Notes: a model not told the origin generated them from the sequence alone. Positions 10,231 through 22,386 are shown, numbered from the whole stretch's first letter. The stretch: 63,992 nt of DNA, filler included, from Stramenopiles sp. TOSAG23-3 (GCA_900128585.1; 17 parts of 17 records of this genome joined end to end with filler, not necessarily neighbours in it); one strand, 5' to 3'. A program made the numbers and translations.

Positions 10231-11169
10231 TCACTCCCCGACCTTTTTGCTTTGTGTAGAGTCACGAATGGGCTTCAAGAACGCCATGAGCCCAGTGCCC
10301 CCAGTCCCTTTGCCCCCTGCATTCTCACTCAGCTTTCGTTTCTTTGCGGGCTTACTTTCCCCGCTCCCAGCTTGGCCCTTTGCCGCCTTCTTTTGAGGAA
10401 CAATAATGTACCTAGCCACAAGGTTTATGTGACCGGACCGAAAATTCGCCAGAGAATCCAAGCATCGATTGTACCTCTGGCTTACTGCTCTTCTTTCGTG
10501 CCCATCGAGAACGTTTGTGACTAAGTCTTCAATGGAGAGCATCACTCCTTCCTTTCCATAGTCTCGCAAGTACAGAACGAACTCCCTGTGCTCTTTTGGC
10601 ATGTAAAATCGTTGCATTTCTTTCAAAAACCCTTCCGAAACTGGATTGTTGTGAGCCACGTCAAGCGCGGCATCAAGCACGGGAAAAATGGTCGATTGGG
10701 CAGCGCTGCCGCCATTAAATTTCTGTGGCCCAGAATATTTTTCGTACCCTTCGTAAATAACACCATTTGGCATTGCTGGATTCCCGGCAGTGCCCGCCAG
10801 AAACGGACGTACAAAGTTGTAAAACGCGCCAGGATCGCAACCGTCCGACATGCGGGAAATCGTTTCCGTCATCTTGTCTATTGACGACTCAATCTTGTCC
10901 AGCAAACCAAGCACGTGCGGAACCCAAAAGGAGTTGATCCGTCCACTGGCGGCATGTTCCTTTGCGATCGTTTTCAAAGCCATGCGAAGCATAAGGCACG
11001 GCATCAGGCCGCGTGCACCGTGCATTTCTACCTCAGCAGTCAGAAGAAAGAACCACTTTTCATCCTTACTGCCGAGAAAGTCGATGACTGTGTCTAAATT
11101 TGTGGCAGATATTTCCCCAGTTCGACTTAAACGCTTGTAGTTGTATAGGCAAATGGACGCGTGGATGAG
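10231..11169 (-). CDS. IDO: Indoleamine 2,3-dioxygenase (5'-partial)
   Basis: GGSAAQS, YMPKEHREF, FRSGHINLVARYI (heme-ligand His) and GTGGTGLMAFLK motifs. Confidence 0.92.
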   Translation of the reverse strand, partial: LIHASICLYNYKRLSRTGEISATNLDTVIDFLGSKDEKWFFLLTAEVEMHGARGLMPCLMLRMALKTIAKEHAASGRINSFWVPHVLGLLDKIESSIDKMTETISRMSDGCDPGAFYNFVRPFLAGTAGNPAMPNGVIYEGYEKYSGPQKFNGGSAAQSTIFPVLDAALDVAHNNPVSEGFLKEMQRFYMPKEHREFVLYLRDYGKEGVMLSIEDLVTNVLDGHERRAVSQRYNRCLDSLANFRSGHINLVARYIIVPQKKAAKGQAGSGESKPAKKRKLSENAGGKGTGGTGLMAFLKPIRDSTQSKKVGE

Positions 11170-11391
11170 NNNNNNNNNNNNNNNNNNNNNNNNNNNNNNN
11201 NNNNNNNNNNNNNTTAATTAATTAANNNNNNNNNNNNNNNNNNNNNNNNNNNNNNNNNNNNNNNNNNNNACGACTTGGACGCCGCCGGAAGAAACCTCCC
11301 GGCTGGTGGGTTTTCGTCGTTGAAATTTCTGACCTTGGTTGTGGCAGTATTTTGTCTATAAAATTGTTTTAGAAATCATTATATAGTGTTT

Positions 11392-11530
11392 AAGCACAAG
11401 AAAATTGGCTGCTATTTAAGTAATTTTTAATTAATGTACTGGGAACTGAAATCTATCTTTGCTCTTTTGGTCTTATGATACTAATCGAGATACCCTTGTC
11501 ACTTAGTATTGACTATCATTCTCAGATGTA
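11392..11530 (-). mobile_element. Family A T-tailed element copy (~140 nt)
   Basis: Reverse complement of the 26410-26545 unit (TACCCTTGTCACTTAGTATTGACTATCATTCTCA; AAAATTGGCTG end). Confidence 0.75.
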
Positions 11531-12157
11531 ACTAGAGAGTGTGTAACTTTAAGAAATGTTCTTTATTTTTTAAAGAAAGAATGTTCTTAAACGTTTTTGA
11601 ATTATTTATGGTGTAAATTCCACATAAATAATTTCTCAAATTGTGAGCGAAACTGGTGCGAGTTTCGAAAGGGAGTTTGGACGTTTGGACGTTTCTTCGA
11701 TGGCAGCGAGAATAAATGGTTTTTGGTCATCATCGTCACTCACAAATCTTTTTTAGTTATTGAAACTTTTTTTACCTATTATTGTCTTATTTGATTTTAG
11801 TTGTGAATTGTCACTGTTTTTCATTAGCGTCTGGCTTATTTAGGTATAATTTAAATAGGAAGGGTCGATCGGTTAAAAAATACCATCCAGAATCTATATA
11901 AATATAGAGTCAGCAGGTATTTTATTATTATTATTCTTCTTCGTTCTTCTCTTCCTTCTTCTTCCATTTTATTCTTTTTATTCTTCTTCTTCCTTCTTCT
12001 TCTTCTTTCTTCTTCTTCTTCTATCTTTCTTGAGCTATTTACATTTAGCCCGTTTTTTTTTTTGTTTGCGCTTAGTTTAATTGTGGGGGAAAAAAATAGC
12101 AGGAATTAGATGAATTATTGGGTGACGCAATGTCATATTCTTTAGTTCTTCGCAACC

Positions 12158-12823
12158 ATGACTTCCGTAGTAACCGATAACGAAATTGATCAAGGTGGTC
12201 TTGCTGAAAAGATGGAGGAGGGTGGATCCAACAACAACCAGTTGAACGGCGGCCTTGGTCTTGGTGGAGACGCTCAGTACGATCCACCACCCAGCAACGA
12301 TGGTTCATTAATAGAACTTCAGCCGTTGTTTCCAAAAACAACGAAAGAAAAATTAACATTTGGGCTTCACATGACTATTATACCTATGTTAATAAGTGGT
12401 TTCACTGGGTCTTGCCCAGCAATAGATGGGGAAGAGATATTTATATTGTGTTTTGGTAGTGTTACTATTATTAGCAACGGACTGGAGTTTTACTATAGTT
12501 TGAATCGACCAGGTCATGATCAAGTTTATTCAAAACAGAAGAAAATAAAAGACTTTTTAGGCCTCTTCCAATTGTTAATTGGTGTTTACGGTATGTTTTT
12601 AATTTTTTCAAACCTTCGTTTATTCAACAATCCATCGCCAGATACGTGTGAACTGGGAGTATTGATAGCTCTTTTAGTTCCATCATGTATAATGGGTGTT
12701 GTTTTTGTTATTTTACTTTGTATGGCAGCGTACTTTCTTTGGAAGAAACAAATGTATCCTGCGAGTACAAACGACGGACAACATGATGAAGGGGGTGATG
12801 ATGAATATGTAGCACTCAGTTGA
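12158..12823 (+). CDS. Hypothetical ~4-TM membrane protein
   Basis: 221-aa ORF with four hydrophobic segments. Confidence 0.7.
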   Translation: MTSVVTDNEIDQGGLAEKMEEGGSNNNQLNGGLGLGGDAQYDPPPSNDGSLIELQPLFPKTTKEKLTFGLHMTIIPMLISGFTGSCPAIDGEEIFILCFGSVTIISNGLEFYYSLNRPGHDQVYSKQKKIKDFLGLFQLLIGVYGMFLIFSNLRLFNNPSPDTCELGVLIALLVPSCIMGVVFVILLCMAAYFLWKKQMYPASTNDGQHDEGGDDEYVALS

Positions 12824-12899
12824 CCAGAATGTATGATTAGAGTCTACATATTTTTCTTTGTGTAAAATTACTATCAAAAACTTAATTTACGCCCGAAGG

Positions 12900-13416
12900 T
12901 TACAGCCTTGGGTAGACACGGTGGTTATCCTTGTTTCGCTTGTAACCGTATTTGTCCGTTTTAAATTCCGGCATCGCGGGGTGCGGCTCTCCAAACGGTG
13001 CAGTCTCGTCGTCTTCTGACTTTCCCCACAGGGAGTGCGGGCAGAGAGAGCAACCGCACTCTTTTTTCGGAAAGTCCGTGTACTCGATAAACGACAACGG
13101 GTCTGCGCTGCTCTTGCCGAGCGTCTTCCCTGCGCCGGTCTCCATCACCTCTACAAACGAGGCTGCTCTCTTAAGCTTGGCCACTTTAACCCTCATGCCC
13201 GTTTCGATGAAAGCGATCGCATCATCGTAGTTGTCGTAATCGACGTTCTTGTAGCTTGAGCTAGGACAAAGCTGGCAGCACGGTTTTAGGGTGACTTTTG
13301 AGACGGCAACTTTCATGCGCGGACATTTCGGCTTTTTTACTGTGTAAGTAGGGCACTTGGGCGCCAGGGCTGCGCGGCCCCCCTTCCCGGCCTTGCCCGC
13401 CTTCGGTTTCTTCCCG
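12900..13416 (-). CDS. Cys-rich hypothetical protein (5'-partial)
   Basis: Open to the contig edge. CCQLCP and CGCSLCP motifs. Confidence 0.55.
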
Positions 13417-14418
13417 NNNNNNNNNNNNNNNNNNNNNNNNNNNNNNNNNNNNNNNNNNNNTTAATTAATTAANNNNNNNNNNNNNNNNNNNNNNNNNNNN
13501 NNNNNNNNNNNNNNNNATTTTGTTCCTTCTAATATAATTAAATAATATAATTGACACTATTATTAGACGACTATCAAAAGGAGGAGTGGAATGTATTTTT
13601 AGAAACGCAGTTATTTTATTATATATCTTGAAGAAGAGTGTTTTTACGCCGCAGCTGCGTTAGCTGTACAGTAGCGGACAGAATTGTGATTAATGTACAC
13701 TGAAAGCCAGTTGTTATGTCGTTGTAAACTACGTACACCACTGCTGTTCGTACATGGTCTCTTGAGTGCGTGTACAGTAGTAGTACGAACAGTACGCGAA
13801 CCACAGGATGAGGAGGATTGGTCACTTTTCATTTATAACGGCTGCCAGATGCCAGAGATGCCAGATGCCAGAACGGAGATGATGAAGCTTTTTCAGGTTG
13901 CAGTTTGTACTTTGTAGATAGTCGTATAGTAAAAATAACTATATATAATACAATATAACTCATTCAAGGAGAAGAAGTGATTTGAAGCGAAAGAGAAAAG
14001 ATCAAATTTATAATAATTAAGGAAGATCGCTTTCCTAAAATTTCAAGAATGCAGGATATGGGGTTGTATTATAGTTACCATTCCACGCATTTCTCTCTGC
14101 TTAGTGATCTTACTTAATCAATTTAACTTAAACGGAGCACATGATGTCAACAAAATACGGTATTTTGAACCAGTTTTTGTACAGGCGCACACTATAAGAA
14201 TGGCACTTCATTAATGCAATGCGTGCGATCACCCGAATATATAGAAGAACACACGCTGCTTCGCTGCTCAAGGAAAAGTGAAATGCCCCACGGTTGGCAT
14301 CGGGTTGTACGGCCGACCAGCTAATCGAACAACCATTGAAGCAAAGCTCAGCCATTAAAAGAAACGAAACACCGAACGCAAGTGTGGCATTATTCTTGAG
14401 AAGCACTCTAGTGAGATC

Positions 14419-15198
14419 ATGTCTAGTTTCCCAGGAAACGGTAGGTTTAGTGACAAACAGTGCGGCAGGCGTCTGTCGCCGGAGTTTGAATGGTCCGAAC
14501 GACCAACGTCCCCCCAAGGCAAGGAAGCTCTTTTAAAGGCCAATTTACCCGAATCTTACAAGAAAAGATGTATCGAAGAGAATGGATATCGTTACCAGCA
14601 AGAGGTTAATCTTTCGATCACTAGGAAGGGTCAAGGTGTTTTTGTGCTAAAAGACAACGACTTGCGCTCGCTATTAGCATACCAACCGCCCACTTCTGGG
14701 ACTCTTCAACAACCTTCGAAGTCACCACGCGCAATTCGTCGTACTAGCCAGCACATCTTTGAAAGAACGAAGAAAGAGGAACAGGAGCAAAAGAGACACA
14801 ACCCCCCCTCCAAGCATTACTCAGGCGAGTTCTGGAAACACGCAGAGTTAAAATGGGACCCTAAACAAGGGCTTGTTAATGAGCTGGACAAGAGGCCATC
14901 GTTAGGGGGTAGGTCTCGGCAAGAATTTGAAGACAGCCTCAAGGCGAAGGAGAGAGCACGATTGCGTACTGCGGAAAAATCAAATCAAGCCCGTAACGAA
15001 CAGAACAACGAAATGTTGAAAAGTTCAGTCCCCATGGAATGGGAGCAGGGCACGTCGTGGAATCCTGCCCGGAATGAGCAGGACCGGTTTCTTACGAACT
15101 ATCAAGCGATGCAGAACAGAACCAAACCGGCTAGAAAAGGTGTAACCCTGCGCGAAAACGCTTGCCGATTGCAGCATTCTTCTGTTCATTTGGGCTAA
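14419..15198 (+). CDS. Hypothetical protein
   Basis: Complete 259-aa ORF; no family recognised. Confidence 0.6.
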   Translation: MSSFPGNGRFSDKQCGRRLSPEFEWSERPTSPQGKEALLKANLPESYKKRCIEENGYRYQQEVNLSITRKGQGVFVLKDNDLRSLLAYQPPTSGTLQQPSKSPRAIRRTSQHIFERTKKEEQEQKRHNPPSKHYSGEFWKHAELKWDPKQGLVNELDKRPSLGGRSRQEFEDSLKAKERARLRTAEKSNQARNEQNNEMLKSSVPMEWEQGTSWNPARNEQDRFLTNYQAMQNRTKPARKGVTLRENACRLQHSSVHLG

Positions 15199-15324
15199 TT
15201 CTTAAATTTCTTAACAAAGTATGAAAACGGGCTGGGGGTAACACTTTAATCCTATTAAACATTCGCCCGCATTTTTGGTAAATTGTTTTTTATACGCTCT
15301 CATTTTCACTCAATATTAAAATTA

Positions 15325-15468
15325 AAAACAAGAAAATTGGCTGTTATTTTTGCGAACAAGAAAATATATAAAAAAGAAAAAAGATGGTGTCAGTTCAAGA
15401 ACAATATCTCCTCCTATTGCAGATCCTCCCCTAGTTCTGGTCAAGATTCCAATTGATTGGTCTTAAAA
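15325..15468 (-). mobile_element. Family B element (distinct body, family-A-type 3' tail)
   Basis: GTGTCAGTTCAAGAACAATATCTCCTCCTATTGCAGATCCTCCCC...CAAGATTCCAATTGATTGGTCTT is shared with 20360-20435 (rc) and 31295-31328. Confidence 0.65.
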
Positions 15469-15761
15469 GTACACAGCGGCATAAATGTTTTAAAGGGACT
15501 CGTTGTCTGTGGTACTGCTCAATGAAATAATAATCGGTATTGAGTTTGATCGTTTCCTGTTCGTATACACATACAGATGTAAGTGTACCAATATTTAAAA
15601 ACAAAAAATTGGCTGTTAATTAAGTAAATATTTAAAACAAAAAATTGGCTGTTATTTAAANNNNNNNNNNNNNNNNNNNNNNNNNNNNNNNNNNNNNNNN
15701 NNNNTTAATTAATTAANNNNNNNNNNNNNNNNNNNNNNNNNNNNNNNNNNNNNNNNNNNNC

Positions 15762-16325
15762 CGCAACATTGCGAAGGAGTTGGCGGCCCACCACTTCAAG
15801 GCAGAGATGGAAAAGAACACGGACCCGTCCTCGTCGCCCATCCAAGGCTCGGCCCCCATGGCAGCCGCCCCCAAGGCGCGCCCGAGCAGCGCGAACGGCG
15901 CCCGTGAGTTCAAGAACCACCGGCCGGCCCAGCCCGCCAGCCGGGCCAAAAGGAACGCCAGCCGACCGGCCAACCGAAAGTACGCCCACGTCAAGGCCAA
16001 GGTCGCCGGTGCCCAACCACCCCGCGCTTCCCGCCAACCGACGTCGTGCCATCCTTCCAAGCAGGCAATGGCCCGGCCTGCGGACCAGTACAACAACAAG
16101 GAAAACTTGCCCAACGTACAGCCAAAGCAGTTCAACGGCGGCAACTACAACGCAAACGCCGCCAACGTCTACAACAACAAGCTTGGGGGGAAACGCGTAG
16201 GCGCAGGACAGCCAACCTATGTACAAAACCAGCCCCAGTACAAGCAACGGCAGTACAGCCGATACACCGGGTACAGCAACAACCCAAGCGGGTACCGCCA
16301 AAACGCCCCCACGCGCCTTTGGTAA
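15762..16325 (+). CDS. 5'-partial protein with N/Q/Y-rich low-complexity C-terminus
   Basis: GC-rich open frame from the contig start to TAA at 16325. Confidence 0.55.
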   Translation, partial: RNIAKELAAHHFKAEMEKNTDPSSSPIQGSAPMAAAPKARPSSANGAREFKNHRPAQPASRAKRNASRPANRKYAHVKAKVAGAQPPRASRQPTSCHPSKQAMARPADQYNNKENLPNVQPKQFNGGNYNANAANVYNNKLGGKRVGAGQPTYVQNQPQYKQRQYSRYTGYSNNPSGYRQNAPTRLW

Positions 16326-16693
16326 GCGCCCGCTGGTTCAAGGAACTTTGGGAGAAAATAGGAAGAAATTTCAGGGAATCGTAACGGCCATTCCCCTGCC
16401 GCGCGCGCTGTCTGAGCGTGCCCATAGTACCGTGTTTTGGGAACTAAATGGTTTTCGTATTGTATGCGCAAAACTGATCCCCCCAAGCACGATGTTTTTA
16501 AAAAGTTATTCGAGGTTTAGCCCGTGATATTATGTTTGTTCTGTTGTTCAGTTGACGACGGGGCCGATCGACACGAGAGTGAGAGAATATTGTTGTGGTG
16601 CAGGTGTGGTAAACTTATAATGTACTCAAGTTTAAAAAAACAAATTATATAGTTAATGAGTATGAAAAAAAACAAAATTATGATAGTATGTAA

Positions 16694-16714
16694 AAAACAA
16701 ATTATATAGTATGT
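16694..16714 (-). mobile_element. Family C micro-insertion (21 nt) with 13-bp TSD
   Basis: TGATAGTATGTAA at 16681-16693 and 16715-16727 flanks AAAACAAATTATATAGTATGT. Further C-like ends at ~16634 and ~16665. Confidence 0.65.
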
Positions 16715-16853
16715 TGATAGTATGTAATAAGTATGACCCAAGTAAATCTCCGACATGTATGAAGTAATAATTTTTTGGTAAATTTACACTCTCGTATACC
16801 GCGCGATACTTCGTAATTATACCTCGTACTAATGTATGTAAGAAACGGTCGGG

Positions 16854-17903
16854 TCAATGGATGTCTTGGCAAAGCTTTTGCAACCGCGGTATGCACTCGC
16901 TCAGCTTCGATTTCTCTATTACCATGACCAAGCATTTCTCGGACCCAAACCCGCTGAGCCGCCGTGCCTCCCCCGACTGGCTTGGCAAAGCGGTTGTATA
17001 CGAAATGGTGGCGTGCTCTCGCAAAATCTCGTCCTCGTACTTGACGTAATAAACTTTCTCCTCGTTTGGCCCAGCGGAGTGGCCCATCTTTTGCTTCTTG
17101 CGACGGCGTTTCTTCTTCTTTTTGCTCCCACTCCCACTGCCGAGGGCAGCCTGGTTCCCGCCACCAATAACATATACAGGTGAAAGCATGATTAAATGGT
17201 CAAAGTTCAACAATTTCCTCTTCTCTTCCGGCAACCCGGTCTTGGCCTGCTGGGACCACTCCAGGTCTTCCAAAAAGCACCGGTGAAGGGCGGGCGCCAA
17301 CTCCATGGGAACGTTTACCAGCCCCCCGTTTATAAAGTAGCCCACTTTGGCCGAAGAGAGCAAGGTAGACAACGCCGCGCCGCTCTTCTCGGGGCACGTG
17401 CGTTGAAGAAAACTTTTTATCTTTTTGGACGCCCCTTTGATCGCAGGCAGCTTTGTGCTCAGAGCGGTCGCAAACCCGCAGATGGCGTTTTCGTCCATTT
17501 TCACGACCGTCCCAACCTCCACCTGGTCCACAATAGCGTTTGTCATCTCGCTGGTCCCAAACCCCGCCCACACCGAGTTCGACACTAACTGCCTTGTCAT
17601 GTGAAAACACTTGTCGTTGAAGTCAACGAAGTCAAATTCTATGTTGACCGTTGCCCCCGACCCGTCCGCGCCCAAGGATATCCCTGCATCGTCCGAGTCG
17701 TCTGAATCCGAGGAGTCGGAGCCCTCCTCCCCGTCCTCGAGTGCTCGCTTTGAACTCCCCGCGGGTTGCACCGCGTGCAGCTTCGTGCTGGTTATCGTCT
17801 TTGTGCTGGAAATCTTCACCGGCGTTGCGTTCAGGTTGTTCCTCTGCTGCTCGTCGGCGTCGTCGTCGTCGTCGTCACCGCCACCGTTGCGGCCTTGGCC
17901 ACC
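16854..17903 (-). CDS. BCP1: BCP1/BCCIP family protein (5'-partial)
   Basis: Acidic N-terminal region, VNIEFDFVDF...FHMTRQL, VGTVVK, LVNVPMELAPALH, YVKYEDEIL. Confidence 0.8.
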   Translation of the reverse strand, partial: GGQGRNGGGDDDDDDADEQQRNNLNATPVKISSTKTITSTKLHAVQPAGSSKRALEDGEEGSDSSDSDDSDDAGISLGADGSGATVNIEFDFVDFNDKCFHMTRQLVSNSVWAGFGTSEMTNAIVDQVEVGTVVKMDENAICGFATALSTKLPAIKGASKKIKSFLQRTCPEKSGAALSTLLSSAKVGYFINGGLVNVPMELAPALHRCFLEDLEWSQQAKTGLPEEKRKLLNFDHLIMLSPVYVIGGGNQAALGSGSGSKKKKKRRRKKQKMGHSAGPNEEKVYYVKYEDEILREHATISYTTALPSQSGEARRLSGFGSEKCLVMVIEKSKLSECIPRLQKLCQDIH

Positions 17904-18292
17904 NNNNNNNNNNNNNNNNNNNNNNNNNNNNNNNNNNNNNNNNNNNNTTAATTAATTAANNNNNNNNNNNNNNNNNNNNNNNNNNNNNNNNNNNNNNNNN
18001 NNNGTTAACTATAGGGTTATATATATTTTACGTATGTTACAGCAGCTGGCCTATAACGTTGTAATAATTTTTAAACAGTGTGAGACTAAATTATTATATT
18101 ATTATATATAAAATAATATATAAATTATTATTAAAAAAGAATAACAGTTCTTCAGCTCTTTAGTTCTTCAGACAACAATAAACAAGCTCACTCAACAATA
18201 ACAAAAGAAATAGATACCAGCTCTAAAAAGACAACGAAAAATTTGCCCCAAGGCACTGGTTTGGAAGCGTTAGTAGGGTTACACTTGGGACG

Positions 18293-20146
18293 ATGGCAAA
18301 CTCTATTACTGCAACTGTGTCAACAGCAGCTTTGTGTGAACAACTCAAGAGTCTAGAGAAGGAGTTGAGCGTGGTGGACTCGGACCTGGTGACTTTGCTT
18401 AAACGCGACTATGTAGAATTTGTCAAGATAGCAGAAGACTTGCAAGGGGTTGACCACACCATTAATGAAGCTAGAAATCCCATGAAAAAACTGGAAAGCA
18501 CGGGGAAGAATATGTTAGGGATTATTCAACAGCACAAGGTAGTTTTGGGAAGCGTTATTCAGGACAAAATGGAGAAGAAGAAACGACTTCAATTTATCAA
18601 ATCGTGTGTGACCGTTTTGCAACTGGCACAAAAAGCCGAAAATATACTCAACCGACGCTATGAAAACAAAGATTTAACTAAAGAACTTTCAAATCTCCGT
18701 TACGTGGCAAAAGCAATCAAAGCAGAAAGGGCTGCTTTTGCAGGCCTGGAGAAAGATTCGATCCCCGTCGCGGTGCTCAACGCCCACCGGAAAGCAAAAA
18801 ACGTTTGCTCCACGTTGCTACGGCGTTTGGACGTTATATACGGGACTGAGATTGGGGCGGACGATTTTTATAGCAGGATGGGAAAAATCAATAGTTCCGT
18901 ATTGGCCTCGTGCACTGGTACGTACTTCACGCTGGGGCAAGTAGGGCTGGACTCCTTGGCCATTATTTTGAACCAAATCTTAGTCTCGCCGTACATAGAA
19001 GACATAATAACAGAGGGGCGATTGGATGGGGGCGAACGTGGGAGCTGCAAGGGGCTTGCAACTCTCTTGAAGTGCTTGTCTGACTTTATCAAGGACAGGT
19101 GCTATCCCATATTGGTGGTAGCCTATGACCCTGCGGTTACTGACTGCAAGAGCGGTTATATTACCGACCTGTTTTGTGCCGGCGTTTGGGTACCCATAAT
19201 CGATGGCGTGATAAAGCGGCTTGGATCGATATTTTCCCCCGGCATCGCGGGGAGATGTCATTCGAACTATACGGCTTGGCGACAATTTCTATGTGACGTG
19301 GACGCTGTAATTGTTTGGAGCAGTGCAAGCAAATCATCTTTTCGGTCACATCCATCTACAAGGCTTCTAAATTCAAAGTGGAGCTTGCCCATATACTTCC
19401 AGTTGAGGCGGAAAGAGGCGCTGAAGGCACTGGAGGACTCCATCAAGAATGTATCTTTAGAATTCAAATTATTGGATAGTTTCAGGGCACCATTTTCACT
19501 ACCGTGGAAGTCTGACGTGTTTTTGAATTCTCTTGTATCTGAACTGTTTGCTCTCAGTATGCAAATGGTGGGGGTAGTAACAGACTGGGCGGCAATTGGA
19601 GTAGAGACGTTTTTAAACTCAAAGAGGCGCCCAGTTGAAAGTGAGGCTGGCCATGCATTTTGGCAATCGGTAGGCATCTCCAATTTTTTTAGTTTTTTTG
19701 TAAATTGGGGCGTTTTTACGAAATGGTTTACGACTGATCTGCTTCAGAACATCTTGGCCACTGTCAAAACGAAGCAATCCGAAGAGCCGTTTTCCAGCAG
19801 TGCAAAAAACGATCTAACATTTTCAAGGAAATCTGAGATCATTTCTGAGGCTTTTGGGGAAGCCGCATCGCATCTTGAAGGTTTGCAGGAACAGTGCAAG
19901 GAGATTTTGTCGACACGTTTGATCGAGGATTGCTCCACAAATTTGATTTTGCTGAAGTCTGTCATAAAGGCATACCGTTTTCAAAAAAATAAACCGTTGC
20001 CCTCGGCACCGTCACCATACGTTATGAAATTCGGAAAGCCCTTAGAAGAAATTCTCAAACATGAAAATATCAGCGCACTCTCCGACAAAGTGGTGTTCTT
20101 TGAAGGCATTTCGGCATCGATAATTATGAAATTCGACAAGATGGCA
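18293..20146 (+). CDS. COG2: Conserved oligomeric Golgi complex subunit 2 (3'-partial)
   Basis: LLKRDYVEFVKIAEDLQGVD (COG2 N-terminus), IFSPGI...HSNY and KWSLPIYFQLR (COG2 C-domain). Confidence 0.85.
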
Positions 20147-20359
20147 NNNNNNNNNNNNNNNNNNNNNNNNNNNNNNNNNNNNNNNNNNNNTTAATTAATT
20201 AANNNNNNNNNNNNNNNNNNNNNNNNNNNNNNNNNNNNNNNNNNNNCCCTTTGTTACCAGAACTCGAAAATCGGCTAAACTTGTGTTGTGGTTGCCTAGC
20301 TCCATACCGCTCGTTTGGTAATGGGCATAATATACTAGTCGTCTAAAAATAATAAATTT

Positions 20360-20496
20360 TAAGACCAATCAATTGGAATCTTGAACTTGGGGAGGATCTG
20401 CAATAGGAGGAGATATTGTTCTTGAACTGACACCCCTTCTTTTTTCTTTAATTTTAATTACTATAAAATAACAGCCAATTTTTCTTGTTGTTTTTT
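20360..20496 (+). mobile_element. Family B element, followed by an inverted family A end (20508-20535)
   Basis: Body is the reverse complement of 15387-15468 and ends AATAACAGCCAATTTTTCTTGTTGTTTTTT. Confidence 0.65.
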
Positions 20497-20801
20497 AAAT
20501 TACTTAATAAAAAAACAAGAAAATTGGCTGTTGTTATTTAATTACTTGTATTACTTGTTAGACTAATACATGTACTGTACCGTACATATAAGCAGCAAGG
20601 AGAATCAAATAATTCAAAAAACGTTATTATACGAAGTATAAAATATAACAACTATCTACGAAGTAAATAATGAAAAAATTAAATCACTCATCTATCGATT
20701 TTAGTTTGACTGAATGTTTTGATTAAGACCATAAAAATGTTCGTTTGGCCAACGCCTGAATAATATAATTCAAGGAAAGAAGTTGCGCCGTTTCAATTTG
20801 A

Positions 20802-21194
20802 TTGAAAATAGAGAAAGTTTCCGTGTTTAAGATGCTGAAGGACATAGCATCCGAGCACAATTTATTTTGCTCTGGCAAGACCAAGAATAATGCGGCTCAG
20901 AGGAAGCGAATCCGTCCGGCTTCAGCGACATTTCGAAATGCCAGGAAAACCTTTAAACGACCCGGAAAGAGAGGCATAAATCGTCGGGCAAAAAGGAGGC
21001 CAAAGTCTGCTGGGACAAAATCACGACGTACAGCCCCTGAAGTGTACCTCAGAGATCACGTTCCAGAAAATTGGTCAAGCTTCGCAAAAATTGCCGCTCG
21101 TAAAGAAACCTATTGGCCATGTGTTGGCGGAAATGAAAAAAAAAGAAGAATCGGGGCGAACACTTTTCAAGTTGTTGAAACGAAAACAGAGTAA
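20802..21194 (+). CDS. Short basic ORF or gene fragment
   Basis: GC-richer 130-codon frame with RPASA/RPKSA motifs. Start uncertain. Confidence 0.35.
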   Translation: MKIEKVSVFKMLKDIASEHNLFCSGKTKNNAAQRKRIRPASATFRNARKTFKRPGKRGINRRAKRRPKSAGTKSRRTAPEVYLRDHVPENWSSFAKIAARKETYWPCVGGNEKKRRIGANTFQVVETKTE

Positions 21195-21282
21195 CTAATT
21201 AATTAAACGAGTTTGTCAAATTTAAAAATCGCATCTTAAGAAACCTTTTTTCATATATTTTATAATAACTTGTTCATTATTT

Positions 21283-21335
21283 CAGTTCGCAGTACATTAA
21301 TTTTAATTACTTAAATAACAGCCAATTTTCTTGTT
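21283..21335 (+). mobile_element. Family A insertion (53 nt) with 10-bp TSD
   Basis: TTCATTATTT at 21273-21282 and 21336-21345 flanks CAGTTCGCAGTACATTAATTTTAATTACTTAAATAACAGCCAATTTTCTTGTT. Confidence 0.75.
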
Positions 21336-21828
21336 TTCATTATTTATAATTGGACAAGTTAGTTCCCTTATTCCTACGTAGTATAAATATTGGAATTTAT
21401 TATCTATTACCTAACCAACGGAGTTCACATTTTATATAAATAGGAGACAAGCATAACATTGAAATAGCATTAAAAGAAGAGATGTTGATGATTCTTCCTT
21501 CCTCCTCCCTACTCGACGATGATGTTCAAATATTTTAATATACAAAAAAAGTCAATGAAATCCGTGCTCCCTGCTGTGTTCTTAAAAAATATTATTCCTC
21601 GTAAAAAAAAATACGACGAATACTCGTAATGATGATATTTTTTTTTATTAAATTCTTCCTCTGATGCCTATGTGTTGTATTATTATCGGTTGATGCCGTG
21701 TTTTTTTGACGTCTACAGATGTATTAATATTGTAGGCGGAATTCATACGTGCTTCGTCATTTTGTGCGATCGAATAATCAGTGTAGAAAATTGTCAAGTT
21801 AGATCTGGCGAAAATAGTAGGTTGCCTC

Positions 21829-22386
21829 TTGGTAGCACTTCAGAGCGGATATTCCCTCGCTTACGTGACGTGTGCCATGGTGCCGAGCAGTGTCCTAGGA
21901 AGCACCCCAAATGACCATGCAGTTTCCCTGAAGGGTTCTCGCCATGTTCCTACTGCAATAAAAAGGCTGGTTGCAGATATGTGCATCGTCATCTCTTTCA
22001 GTGCGTCCGTAAGTAACGCTATAGATGTAGTGGAAGATTTAGAAAGTTTCCAGGACGTAATCTGGAGCAAAGACATTATAAAGCACCGGGCGAAGCTAAA
22101 GCGTCAACGTGCCCTTATTGAACGGCGCCTGCGGGCAGCGAGGGCGAAGAAGAAGCCCGCCCAGAACTTAGTTCTGCCTTTTAAAAAAGAAAATAGTAGA
22201 ACCAAGCGCCACGGTCAGAAATACCCGAGGGTAATATCGCCGTCGGTAAAGTCACGTACAGAAAATTTGAAGACTTTTGTGAAATTCGACAAGAAACCGC
22301 CGCGCTCGCACGACGCCGCAAGAGGTGGAACGGACAAGCAGCCACGGAAGCCAAGACCGTCAAGTGCAAACTGTCGTCGAAAAATT
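21829..22386 (+). CDS. Hypothetical protein (3'-partial, start uncertain)
   Basis: Open frame to the contig end; basic coiled-coil-like segment. Confidence 0.45.
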
